A stretch of 64,000 nucleotides of DNA, taken from Corallochytrium limacisporum Hawaii (Eukaryota; Protista; Pluriformea). The stretch is taken from contig PDIP01000041.1 in NCBI GenBank assembly GCA_002811645.1, forward strand, positions 1-64,000. The letters run 5' to 3'. Every line of letters begins with the position of its first letter. Position 1 is the first letter of the stretch. This document shows, piece by piece, positions 11,289 through 22,800 of the stretch. A program made the translations under genes and the position numbers. The notes under the pieces were generated by a model. It worked only from the letters and a program-made list of their open reading frames with translations, was not told where the DNA came from and made no database searches.

Positions 11289-13112
11289 ATGACGGGTAAA
11301 GTTCTGTTGTATAACGCCAATGTATACAGGCGCTCCCGGTACGTAGCAGAATGGGAGAAACCGGTCCCTTCCGCTGCCGTTCAGGACGGAGAACGCGGTA
11401 GCATTCTGCCCCTCGAGGAAGTGCTCTGCGATTGGGTGGCTCTCTCGGATGGCAAGATTCTGGCCTACGGAAAGGGATCTGAAGCCAAGGATACCGAAGA
11501 ATACGTAGAATTTGACAAGGTTGACTGCAAGGGCGCCACTGTTTTGCCCGGTCTGATCGATGCCCACATTCACATCTACCTGCTCGGGCGATCTCTGCTG
11601 CGCTGCAATCTGCGGGGCTCAGCTTCAATCGAGGAGCTCCAGCACCGTTTGCGGCAGCACCTATCCCATACGGAATCTGCCGACTGGACTGGGCCACAGG
11701 ATCCATGGCTGTGCGGTGAGGGCTGGAGCCAGGACACACTCGGTCGGTTACCTACTAGGCAGGACTTGGACGCCATCAGTACGGATCGGCCCATCTTTCT
11801 CTACCGGGCATGCTTCCACATTGCTGTGGTCAACACCAAGGTTTTGGAGATGATCGGTGCCTTGGACGGTGGCACCTTTGTGTGCCCGGAAGGTGGTGTT
11901 TTGGATAAGGCACCAGACGGCACGCTAACGGGCATCTTACGCGAGACGGCCTGCGATGCAGTGGCACAATATATGGAAGACATAAGCGACGACATCCGGG
12001 AAGAGTATCTGCTTAGTGGCTTGAATGCCTGTCTGAAAGCCGGTCTGACCCAGGTGCAGACTAACGATACCCGTGCATGGGGCGTCTACGCACATTTGGA
12101 TCGGGAGCAGCGCTTGCCTCTCCGTGTTCTGCACACACCGCTTTGGGACGAAGCTATTAATCCGAAACAGCCAAAGGACTCCAGCCAGGCCCGGAGTCGC
12201 GAACTGCCGGGCAAGGCGGGTTTCGTGACAGAGAGCGGTTTGTTGCGTGCGGACCGGCTAAAACTGTTCGCTGATGGCAGTCTAGGCTCGGAGACGGCTG
12301 CGCTGCGTCACCCGTACCTCTGTGCGAACGGTCGCGCCAGCGGGGAGAGCCACAGCCACGGCAGTAGCAATGGTGCCTTCGAGAAGCCCCAAAACAACTG
12401 CGGTATGCTCATCGACGAGCCTCAAGTATTGCAATCCAAGGTGCAGAAGGCAGCGGAGAATGGTTGGCGCCTGGAGATCCACGCCATCGGCGATCTTGCG
12501 GCAGACGTGGCACTGCAAGCTTTGGAGAAGAGCGGCATCGACGGTGCGAAAGCGATGCCCATCCTTACACACTGCCAGCTCCTCGGTAAGGATCTCTGCC
12601 GGCGCATGAGCAAGCTAGGAGGTGTGGTGGCTGATGTCCAGCCAAGCTTCGTACCTACTGACAAAGACTTTATCCGTGCGCGTCTGGCACCCGATTCCCC
12701 GTCGCTCGAGGTTGCGTACGCTTGGAAGACACTGCTGCGCAGCACTCTGGCGACCAATGTTGTCGTGGCCGGCTCCAGTGACGCTCCCGTCGAAACTTGT
12801 GACCCATTAATTGGCATGCGCGATGCTATGCTTCGAGGTGGACCAGAAGATCCTTACCTACCCGAAGAGTGCCTGAACTTCGACGAGGCCCTGCATCTCT
12901 ACACAATCAGCGCGGCGAGGGCGGGGAACATGGACGCGCTGTGTGGAGAGATTGCGGCTGGACGGGCCGCGGATCTCACAGTTATCGCATTGGAGGGCGA
13001 GCAACCAGCTTGTAAGCTGTGGGAGATGGATGCCGCCCAATTTGGCCTACGCATTAACGGCGGTGCTACTACTGTTCAGGCGGTGTACGTCAATGGTAAG
13101 CGTTGCCTATGA
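11289..13112 (+). CDS. Amidohydrolase 3 family, YtcJ/LAF3-like metal-dependent hydrolase
   Basis: VLPGLIDAHIH (HxH), KLFADGSLGSETAAL, IHAIGD, LTHCQ, GSSDAPV, G.IAAG..ADL; first ATG at 11289. Confidence 0.9.
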   Translation: MTGKVLLYNANVYRRSRYVAEWEKPVPSAAVQDGERGSILPLEEVLCDWVALSDGKILAYGKGSEAKDTEEYVEFDKVDCKGATVLPGLIDAHIHIYLLGRSLLRCNLRGSASIEELQHRLRQHLSHTESADWTGPQDPWLCGEGWSQDTLGRLPTRQDLDAISTDRPIFLYRACFHIAVVNTKVLEMIGALDGGTFVCPEGGVLDKAPDGTLTGILRETACDAVAQYMEDISDDIREEYLLSGLNACLKAGLTQVQTNDTRAWGVYAHLDREQRLPLRVLHTPLWDEAINPKQPKDSSQARSRELPGKAGFVTESGLLRADRLKLFADGSLGSETAALRHPYLCANGRASGESHSHGSSNGAFEKPQNNCGMLIDEPQVLQSKVQKAAENGWRLEIHAIGDLAADVALQALEKSGIDGAKAMPILTHCQLLGKDLCRRMSKLGGVVADVQPSFVPTDKDFIRARLAPDSPSLEVAYAWKTLLRSTLATNVVVAGSSDAPVETCDPLIGMRDAMLRGGPEDPYLPEECLNFDEALHLYTISAARAGNMDALCGEIAAGRAADLTVIALEGEQPACKLWEMDAAQFGLRINGGATTVQAVYVNGKRCL

Positions 13113-13681
13113 AGCGGAGCTCATCCGCTGCCACCGTACACCCAAACCGACCATGAATGTCATCTTAATTTTTTCATCACTGATTGCATCATTACACATC
13201 CACACTCTCATGACCAAGTACACATAGCTCTAACAAAAAACCTATGGACTATGCACGTCCAGCCACCGCAGGCGAGATCGGTTGATTTCCGGAGCCGCCT
13301 TGTCCCCCGCTGCCTTCCTCGCCCCACCGCCGAGCCAACGCCCCCTCCCTCCTGCTCCCTCCCGCACGGAGAGGGGCCCCGGCGCGTGGGGTTAGGGGCA
13401 ATTGCGGTGAACTGACCGGGATTCTCGCTACCCGAGGCGGCGGCGAGCTCAATGGTAAAATCTATTTCAAACAAGAGATTTTTTCATCACATACATAGTT
13501 TGACACCAAACACTCGGATAGATTAGTCCATGCGCGGCCTTAAAGAGTATTGGTAAAGAATGACGGGTTAATCATAAGATCGGCAAGGGATAAAGAGTAT
13601 GTGATATGAAACCAAGGTTTGTCACTGCATAGCGGACAAGAAAACAAATCCAGGTAACAAAGATTCATAGAGCTTCATACC

Positions 13682-14914
13682 ATGGTGATATCATCGGCAG
13701 AGCGACAATTTATCTTCAGCACTCTGCTGGGTCTCGCCACCGAGGATGGCACGACACCCTCAGTACCCCTCCGCGCAGACGGTCGGAAACTCATGCAGGG
13801 CAGGCCGGTGACCATTAGCTTCCCGGGGGGAAACACGTCGGTTCTGGGAGAGCAGACCAGCAAATTAACTGAGGAAAGGAGCAGTATTAGAGTGTATGGA
13901 AGGACGGAGGTCATGGTGGGCGATAGCACAATGGCATCTGCTTGCGTAACCGCAGATCTGGTGCGCCCCTACCCGGACCGTCCCGCTGAAGGCTTTTGTT
14001 ACTTCTCCGTGGACGTGACGCGTTGTGCGGCCGCGTCAAATGTAGCTCTGTCCAACGACATTGGTGCAATCTATGCGGCATCCGAGGACCTCGCCGTGGC
14101 CTGCCATCGCGCCATTGAAAAAGCGGTCAAAGGTGCCCGCGCGGTGGATGTGGAATCCCTGGTTGTAGAGCCAGGAGAGAGTGTCTGGGCACTGCGTGTA
14201 GATATTCGGATACTTTCTAATGGTGGGTCAGCTGTAGACTGTGCAGGAATGGCTGCAATTGCTGCTCTATTGCATTTTAGACACCAACGCAAGGTAGAAA
14301 CGTCGACATCCAATGATGCTCAAGGTGATGGCGAAGCCAGCCTGCAGAAGCTCGGCGTCAGTCACCTACCGCTACCCGTGTCGTTTGCCTTCTTCGACCC
14401 AGCAGCTGCGGCCTTGATGGGTTTGACTTCTGCCAAGGCCACGGATGCCAAGACAGGCGCACCTGGGAAACAGCATGGGCACGACCGAGTCGTCTGCGTG
14501 ATAGACCCGACAAGGGAGGAAGAGCTAGCATCGCAGGGTACCTTGACGCTTGTAGTGAACGAACACGAGGATCTGTGTGGAATGCACACTGGGGGGAATT
14601 CTGGCTTGGAACTTGACCCGGAGACCTTGCTCGGCTGTGTGGCGCAGGCTGCCAAACGTGCGTCGACCATTGCTCGCGGATTGCGGGACTTGGCGAACGC
14701 TGACGTCGCAGGCACGGAATCTGCCGCTGGGCAGTCCAAACAGAGCGTTACGCGTATCGGAGCGGAGCAGAAGGACTCCAAAGAAGAGCAAGTGCAACAT
14801 TCCCTGGGCAATGTCATTCGTCTGCCAGAAAGTGTGGGAGGTATGCTGAACTCCGCCATCTGCAAGGGAAGAATACCCATTGGGGAAGAAGTCACGGCCG
14901 ACATGGTATTGTAA
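13682..14914 (+). CDS. RRP45: Exosome complex RNase PH-ring subunit Rrp45
   Basis: RADGR, AVDVESLVVEPGESVWALRVDIRILSNGG..VDCAGMAAIAALLHFR and IDPTREEE...LTLVVNEHEDLC match EXOSC9/Rrp45. Confidence 0.85.
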   Translation: MVISSAERQFIFSTLLGLATEDGTTPSVPLRADGRKLMQGRPVTISFPGGNTSVLGEQTSKLTEERSSIRVYGRTEVMVGDSTMASACVTADLVRPYPDRPAEGFCYFSVDVTRCAAASNVALSNDIGAIYAASEDLAVACHRAIEKAVKGARAVDVESLVVEPGESVWALRVDIRILSNGGSAVDCAGMAAIAALLHFRHQRKVETSTSNDAQGDGEASLQKLGVSHLPLPVSFAFFDPAAAALMGLTSAKATDAKTGAPGKQHGHDRVVCVIDPTREEELASQGTLTLVVNEHEDLCGMHTGGNSGLELDPETLLGCVAQAAKRASTIARGLRDLANADVAGTESAAGQSKQSVTRIGAEQKDSKEEQVQHSLGNVIRLPESVGGMLNSAICKGRIPIGEEVTADMVL

Positions 14915-15026
14915 ACAAACGCATTCATATCGCAACAAATACACCATCAACTAAAATATGACATTGCGAATGGATTATCTTTATTCAGGACACGATCAAG
15001 ACGCTGGTTACGCTACAATGGTCCAC

Positions 15027-16241
15027 CTACATACGGCGGTCTCGGTCGCTGTGGTCGCGTTCTGAACGATCCCTTTCTCTATCCCGGTCGCGGTGATAGC
15101 GGTCGCGGTCTGAACGGTCTCGCTCACCACGATCAGAGCGGTGACGATCTCCTTCACGCCGACGGCGATCCCTGTCCCGGTCCCGACGGTCCCGGTCACG
15201 GTCGCTGCGATCCTTATCACGATCGGCGTGGCGGTAGCTGCTGTCGCGGCGGCTGTGGTAGCTGTCCCGACGATGGTAGTCCCTGTCGCGGTCTCTATCA
15301 CGGTCTCTGTAGTCTCTGCTCTCTCGCCGAGAGGATCGATAATGATCCCGGTCACGATCTCGGTCGCGGCGGTCTCTGTGATCCCTGTCCCTGTCCCTGT
15401 CGCGGTAGTCTCTGTCCATGCGTTCTTGGTCCCCGTATCGATCTCTTTCCGACTCTCTGCGATGTGATGATCTGTGGTGGTCCCGGTCTCGGTCCCTATG
15501 GTGGACTTGATCATCGTAAGTGTTGTAGTCGCGATCGTGGGAAGCACGAATCTGTGCACCGGCCCTGTGCGGATTTGCTTGGGCCTCGCGGGCGCGCTCT
15601 GCTAGACCTGACGGCATTTGCCCCCCTACTGATGAATAGAGGTACTGCTCTAGTTCCTCACCAATGTGCCGGAGGTGCATGAAATTACAGAAACCGAGAC
15701 GTTCGCAGTCGCCAATGTCGTGCTTGCGACACACAGCATCCCTAAAATCGCTTAGAGGACTGAGCTCGGCGTACATTGGTCGTCCATCAAACCATCGGTC
15801 ATTGAGATCGTCCCGACAGGCAAGAGCGTCCTCCTCTCGTTCAAACATAGCGTAGACATTACCAATCAGGTGGTCACCCAGATTATCGCACACTTGTAGC
15901 TCCATCAATCGCCCATACTTGTCATTCAGTTCGACGAAAGTATCCTCATAGAAGTCCTCGAAGGATTTCTGGACTTCGCTTTCCGAAGGCCTGCCATTCC
16001 GTTTGTGGTTGCCATTTGCGTCGCCGTTCTGGTCCAGTGCTGCAGCTGATTCGGTACCATTATCTGCGGCCAGCGCAGGGTTGATCCAAAAGTTGCGCAC
16101 CAGCACAACATTGCTACGGGTCGGCGTGACGTGCGCACGACTACAACGACCACCGTGCCGACAGGCACCGATCTTGTAGTAAAAGTGACAGTTTGATTTG
16201 TCTTTCTCGGTCCCGTGTGCACTGGCCAGATAGTCTGCCAT
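15027..16241 (-). CDS. U2AF1: Splicing factor U2AF small subunit (U2AF35) with RD-rich C-terminal tail
   Basis: MADYLAS..GTEKDK.NC.FYYKIGACRHG.RCSR.H (CCCH ZnF1), UHM (CDNLGDHLIGNVY, RWFDGRP.YAELSP), ZnF2 C...GFCNFMH; ATG at 16241. Confidence 0.96.
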   Translation of the reverse strand: MADYLASAHGTEKDKSNCHFYYKIGACRHGGRCSRAHVTPTRSNVVLVRNFWINPALAADNGTESAAALDQNGDANGNHKRNGRPSESEVQKSFEDFYEDTFVELNDKYGRLMELQVCDNLGDHLIGNVYAMFEREEDALACRDDLNDRWFDGRPMYAELSPLSDFRDAVCRKHDIGDCERLGFCNFMHLRHIGEELEQYLYSSVGGQMPSGLAERAREAQANPHRAGAQIRASHDRDYNTYDDQVHHRDRDRDHHRSSHRRESERDRYGDQERMDRDYRDRDRDRDHRDRRDRDRDRDHYRSSRRESRDYRDRDRDRDRDYHRRDSYHSRRDSSYRHADRDKDRSDRDRDRRDRDRDRRRREGDRHRSDRGERDRSDRDRYHRDRDRERDRSERDHSDRDRRM

Positions 16242-16823
16242 GGTTGAAGTCCCAGGTGTTGTACTGTTTCCGTTTCGATACCACTTTGATAATTCGCCGT
16301 TCACATGGTGGGATATTCACATAGATTCTTTTGTTCCGAGTAACTTTATCTTCAAATTATGAGTTTCGTTATCGTAAAACGAGGCATTGAGTGTCTAAAA
16401 CACCTTCTACTGAATACTAGCAGCAAAAGCTTTGCGGTTTACCCTGCAAATCGGAGTCCGCTGCCGTTCGACGCCTCGCGCTCTGCTTCCCGGTCTCACC
16501 GTTCACCATCGCCTGCTCTCGCATGCGGCCCACCCTCATCTGGGGTGTGCGTGTGTGTTTGCAAACTAAAACAGTCCAGAACAAACCGCGCCCGCGCCCA
16601 GTGCCCACTTACCCTTCCCCCCCGCCAAAATAGGGATGGGCAGAAAAGGGGGGTGTGCTGGGTGGGGAGCGGGAAGCCAAAAGGACAGGGGAGTACCCTC
16701 GGTGGGCACGGATGCGGGAGATTAGGTGGATTGGGTATGGTTGCAAGTCTGTGTTAATGTATTGTGTTCTTCGGATACTCCACGACGCTAGCTTGGTCGT
16801 TGGGAATTAAGGAGGGACCAGTG

Positions 16824-19800
16824 TCAAGCAGCAATTGGCTTATCCAGGACAACACCGTTCTGCGATGGCTTCTGGAAAACCGCACGGTCCTGACTAGAGT
16901 GCACACCGTTGCCGTTCTGAGCTTGTTGCAACAGAGTCCGGAACCCTTGCTGCAGATCGGAAAGGCCATTGGCGAGCTGCTCCTGGTAGGCCTGTTGGTC
17001 CCGCTTGATTAGTGCGGCATTCAAGTTCACAGCATCCTCCGAGTGCATGACCAGGGAGCTGAAAGCTTCTTCAAAGGCATCGAGGTCTTTGGAAGAGAAC
17101 TGCCCACGATGCTCCTGTAGGAAAATTTTGGCAAGGTGGAGGGGTCCATCATTGACAGTAACGCCCACAATGCCCTGCAGGATGAGCTGCAATCGTTTTG
17201 CATCGGGTGGGACGGCGCACATGGCGTCGACCAGATCAGTGTCCTTCTTTGAAAGAGATTCGATGGCAGCCTCTATAGGATTGATGACCGTATTCGTGAC
17301 GTTCTCGACGTCCAGTCGAGTCTTGAGGTATGGGAAAGTGTCATGCATTGTAACAATGGTGCGGCGCAGGTACTGTTCATGCGTTTCGCCGCGCTTGCCT
17401 CCGGCCTGTGTAAAAGGCGTGGTGTAGACAAAGGCCGCGAGGCTGTTGTTCTTCTCGAAGAGGGTCTTCCGTTGCACCGACTGCTCTCCTGATCTCGGCG
17501 AGTCAGGGCTACGAGCATTGGCACTGCCACCATTCACGACACTGCCTTCAAGCTCGGGGTGCATAGGGACTGGCTCGAGGCCAATGATGCGAATGTACAA
17601 TTTGTTGTCCACGTCCAGATTTGCAACGTCAGCCTCATCCTCACCATGTATAATGTCGAGGTCCGCACCAGGATGCAGCTGCGAGTATTCGGTGCGCAAC
17701 TGCGCCGTGACCTGTGACAACGGGGTGATCTTTGGGTAACGGTATACAAAATCCTTTCCATGCAGACGCGTACCAAATCCTTTGCCGTAGAACGTAACGC
17801 GATAGTACGTATTAAAGACTCGGCGTCCCTCGAGTGTCAGGATAATGCGGCAGCTGGCCATTTGGTCAGCGTAGATCTGTTCGAGCTCCCCATAGTCACG
17901 ACGCTCCTCAAAGATTGGCAGAAGCAGCTTGTTGGCCTCTGTGACAAGTTCAAAAAGCTCTGCCTTCTTGAGGTAGCTTGACATGCGCTTAATTACCTTG
18001 ATGATGCCATCAATGCTAAAGTAGGAGTGCTGCATGGCATTCTCTGGGTCGTTGTCTCCGGAATCTGTGGTCTTGCGGCGTTCCATCAAACAGTTTGGCG
18101 TGATCCGCATAAATGCACGGCAGTCCCGTGGCACACGCGTGGTCTTGTGGAAGTATGAACCATAAGGATCGATCACAGCCGCAGCAGCCAACGAAGGTAC
18201 GCTGGCCGCAGAGGACATCTTGACAATGTTTGTGGTGGAGGATGCGGGGGTTCCGCTGGAACGGCGCAGCTTGGTCAGACTGGCGCCCGCTGCTGCTTCC
18301 TTAAGCTTCTCGTCCTGCTTAATGCTAAGCGCAATGACATCGTCCATATGCTCTGCTACCAGTGCGCCAATATGTGCGTAGCACATGGCAGCTTCGCTCC
18401 AGTTGCCGATCTCGCGGTGGAGGTTGGCCAAGTTCTCGAGCCAAGTGATGCGTAGATCCGGTGTGTTGGCGTACCCCTTCGCAATGCGGTACTGCAGATC
18501 AGCTACCTGCGTCTGGTGGCTACCCAACAGTCGCATCTTGACTGTGTCCTTGAGAATAGAATACAGTCGCACCAGGAGCGTAAAGATCTGCTGACTGAAT
18601 GTGCCTGCGTTATCTTCGCTGGCACCGCCCGCCTTCGCCACTGAAGCACCATCACTGGCCTTGCGCGGAGATCCCAGACCAAACCGGCGCGGACTGTGAG
18701 CCCGCTCCACCGTCGAATTGTTTCCACCTGCAAGCTGGCCACGCAGAGCAGTATCGTTCTCTGCATAGTGGTCCATCAGCGCAAAGACCAGGCGCAGGGC
18801 GTCTTCGTTCTCAAGTGCTTTGCCACCATCCTTCTGACCGCCTGCCAAGCGGCTCAGGGCAATGGTGATCTGCATCTTTACTCGCGCCATGGTCTTCTTA
18901 TGTGAAAAGTACCGATCCTTGGACGAGTAGATCCAGTTCTGACGTAGCAAAAAGTACAGAACTGAAGCAGCTTCTACACGCAGGGTATGGAGGACACTGT
19001 TTCCGGACTGGAGAACACGCATAACTAGGAGACTACAGAATTCCGGCTTGCCGCGAAACAGAGACTGGGGATATAGCACCGCCAAACCGCGCACAGTGCT
19101 CAGCGCACAGCACAAGCTCAGTTCGCTCGGGGAGGCGACTAGAGCTGTGTTGAGAATGGCCAGAATCGCTTCATATACATCGACAGATCCGCCCAGAGTC
19201 CTTTCGTTGCTAGCTCCCAGGGCGAGGGAACTACTATGCGATGGACTATGGTGCGCCGGGCCAGAAATATTCACAGATGAAGTAAAGTTGCGCATGCCAC
19301 CGACGCGAGTCCAATTGGACATGGCCTGGCTGAGCAGAGGGCGATAGTCGACCAGCATGGTGTCCACCATGGCCAGGACGAGCAAGGTACAAGTAGTTGA
19401 CAGCGTGGCTTCCTGCTGAGCCTTCTGCTCCGCTTCAGTGTCGTTCTGTTCATCTGACTTTTGGCCGAAGAACATGGAAGATTCGCCCATGATCTGTTGC
19501 AGCTTTACACTGTTGATTGTTTCCTGTACGCTGGAACGGCGAGTATCCTCCGAGCTATTGCCATAGTTGGCCAACATGGACGACAAGCGCGTCGCACCAT
19601 AACCACCCAGGGTACCTACGAACACGGACGTGTCAACAGTCGGTGTCTCGCGGCCACCTTTGCGCTTTGTGCACTCGCTCACGGCCTTCAAAACTGTCGT
19701 AGCATCAATGCGCAACGTGGATCGCAGCGGCAGTCCCTTCATTGCCTCACTAGAGGACCGGCCATAGACGGCATAACCCAAGTGACGGCCAACGGTGCCC

Positions 19801-22800
19801 TTTCCGACGTTTGTGTAGCGTTCCTCGAATGCTTTCTTCATCTTCTCGGTGCCCCGCATGCCTTTATCCCAGCGGGAGCTGCTGGCCTTGCTGAACATTG
19901 ATTTGAGAGCATCTGCGCCCACGTAATTTACGTTCGTCAATGTTAACGCCATGACTGCCTGGAATTGAATCAGTACATCATCGCTAAGGGTCGAGATCCA
20001 CAGAGAGGTGAGCTGCGGATCCGCATTTCTGAGGACCCAACAGGCAGCCACCAGTAGACCACGAGTGATCTGGAAGTCCAATTTTGAGGATGGAGAGCCA
20101 ACTGTCCTGCTGAGGTCACTGCGGCTGGTCGTCCTGACGGGGACCGCAGGCTTCGCGGAATTGGTACCATTCGCAACGGCCAACGAATCGGGTGTTGCGG
20201 GTTCGCTTCCATCAGTAACAGGCGGCGAAGGAGTTCCTCCAGTATTTAAGCTTGTTACCGTTTCTGACTTGGGCTTACGGGACATCACGCGACGCAGACC
20301 GGACGGTGAGAGACCAGTGCTCGAGGGTTCGCGAGGTGACTGTGAGGGCTCTTCCTGGATGGTGACCACAGTCAGATTGTTGTTGCTGTTAGCCGGGGAA
20401 ACTGTTTCTTCGTCGTCCAAAAGCGGAATCGGTAGCTCTTGAGATAGCCGCTTGCCCGCCTGATCCAGAGGACACAGGCGATGCACTACACCACATACCA
20501 TTTCCAATATCGGAAAATGAACAGCAGCGATGCGTTGCTGCACAGCGTAGTCACCAGCATACCGAGGGTCCGACTCCAGGCGGCTCAAAAGCTTACCCAG
20601 AAGACCAATCATCAGCTGCTGGGCACTCTTGTGTTTGCTGTGCATGAGTTGCCGGCACTCCCAGATCAATAAAGCGGAAAGAGCATGGTGCTCCCCAAAG
20701 CCCCCTGCTGTAGTGGTCACACCTTTGAAGTCCTTAGACGCGACACTGGATTGTGAGGAAGTGACATCAATCCTGCTCTTTAGTGGCAGATTGTAGTGCA
20801 TGTAGTTTTCATCCAAGCAGAAGATGGCCAAAAACTCCACCTTGAACTCCTGCAGCACCGGGGCGTCGCTCACAGTCAGCGTTTGCAGGTAGGATCTAAT
20901 CTTCCGGAAGATAAAGGTCCGGTTCGTGAACAGAAGAAGATCGCGCATGAAGACGCCACTAGCCTCGTTGAGACGTCGGGCAAATCCTTTCTGAGAGAAT
21001 CTCTTGATGTTGCCAAAGTAGCCCTCCAGAACATTTTCAATACAGCCCTGGATGTAATCGGTGATGCGATCCGCATTGCCATCAGTGCTTGGCAATTTTG
21101 GCAGCTTCTTCTGATGTTGTAAATGGATGGTCAGTGACTTAGTAACAAGCTGATTGAAGAACCATGCTACAGTTAAGAACTCCTGGAGGAAGGATTCATC
21201 ATTGTCCATGATAATAGCAATCGATTTGAGCACCTCTTCGTACACTGCTCTTCTTTGGTCATTGTTGACTCCTGCTTGGGCAGTCTTTGCGGGATCTTCG
21301 GTAAAGTGATATTTCACGTACGCAGCTAGCCACAGATTCTGCTGCAGCCCATCATCCATAAGGCGATGGTACCGCATGGTCAGTTTGATCAAGTACTCAA
21401 AGCCCAGCTTTGAAACTTCTCCCTTGGGAGTAGGTCGCGTGACCATACCCAGCAAATGGTCAAGTAGAGTGTTCATATGTCCCACCACTTGTTCTCCATC
21501 GGCTGCCAATAGCCCTTCAAAAATCTGACGAGCTGCGGTAAGATCTTCTTCCTGCTCTGCAGGGGAGAACGACGCGAATTCCATGAGCTCACGGATCCGT
21601 TCATCTAGCGGCAGCACCGTGGAGGAAATGCGAGTCATAACCGTAAACAATCCTCTGCCTTGCTCTAATGGTTTCAGGGAATGTTGAGGCTGTGACAGGT
21701 AGTTCTTGGGCAAATCCGTGTACACTGGTAAGCTGAACTCGGCAGCCAAGCGCTCCGAAATCTGCGTTGCTGCCTTCTTTGACTTAAAGTGGGATAGTCC
21801 ACTCTTCAGGCCACTTTTCTCTCGTTTGTGCGTCTTGCGTCCGGCACCGGACTCTGAGATGGTGGACATATCGGGTCGTAAAGTTCCCGCCGATCCGACA
21901 GTGAGCGAATCGCCGGTATCCCCAGAAGGCGCGCTCTGTAGTTCGAGCATCAGGGCATCGTCCAGTTTCAGCCACGTGTACGCCGCGGGCTGAAAGACAG
22001 TATCGTTCTTACGGGCTTTCACAGCCACATGTCCAAACACGAATAGCAAATGGTACTTCTCTTCCCAGTTGGCCGGAAGTTGCAGTTTGATTTCGTCCAT
22101 GAATTCGGGACTCTTCTCGTGGTACATGCCTGTACTATACTGACTGGACTTGAAGGGAGAAGTTCCAGAGTGCTCATTGAAGATACACTGCTCGCCTTCC
22201 AGGGCAAGAGCAGCGGGGAGATAGGAGGCCGCGTCTTCGCCACGGGACTTGATCGTCTCGGCGGTGGTAATCGCAGATTCACGATCACTTTCCGCTCCAT
22301 TACTTACACCCGGCATGTTAGACTTAAAGTCCTTGGAGAGGTCAAAGTCATCAGTCTTGCGCAGAAGCACTTTACACACCAAGTTTCGCGCCTTCGCGCC
22401 TGTCCGCGAAGACAGATCTACCTTCATGGGATACACATACATGTGATGGAGGAAGGAATTGTGAGGCACATACACGGGAGCAACTGGAAACTCCATCACT
22501 TCGCGGTATGGACTGTCCGTCACCACGGACGCGACACTTGCGGCAAGTACCCTCTTCGTCAAATTTGCGGCTGGTTTTTTCTCATCGAAATCATCCTGAA
22601 ACATGGATGCATCCGAATCCTGACGGAAATTCATTTGCGCAGGCTTCGGGGCCCCAATTGCCTTTCCATTCACGAATGACGCTGTGGCGTCCATGCGATT
22701 ACTCACGCGTTCGTCTTCACGTGGAATGATCTCACGCAAAACGGAGTCCCTACCATGCTTAGGGCGAACACCTTCAGCAATGGGCAGAATAGTGATTTGA

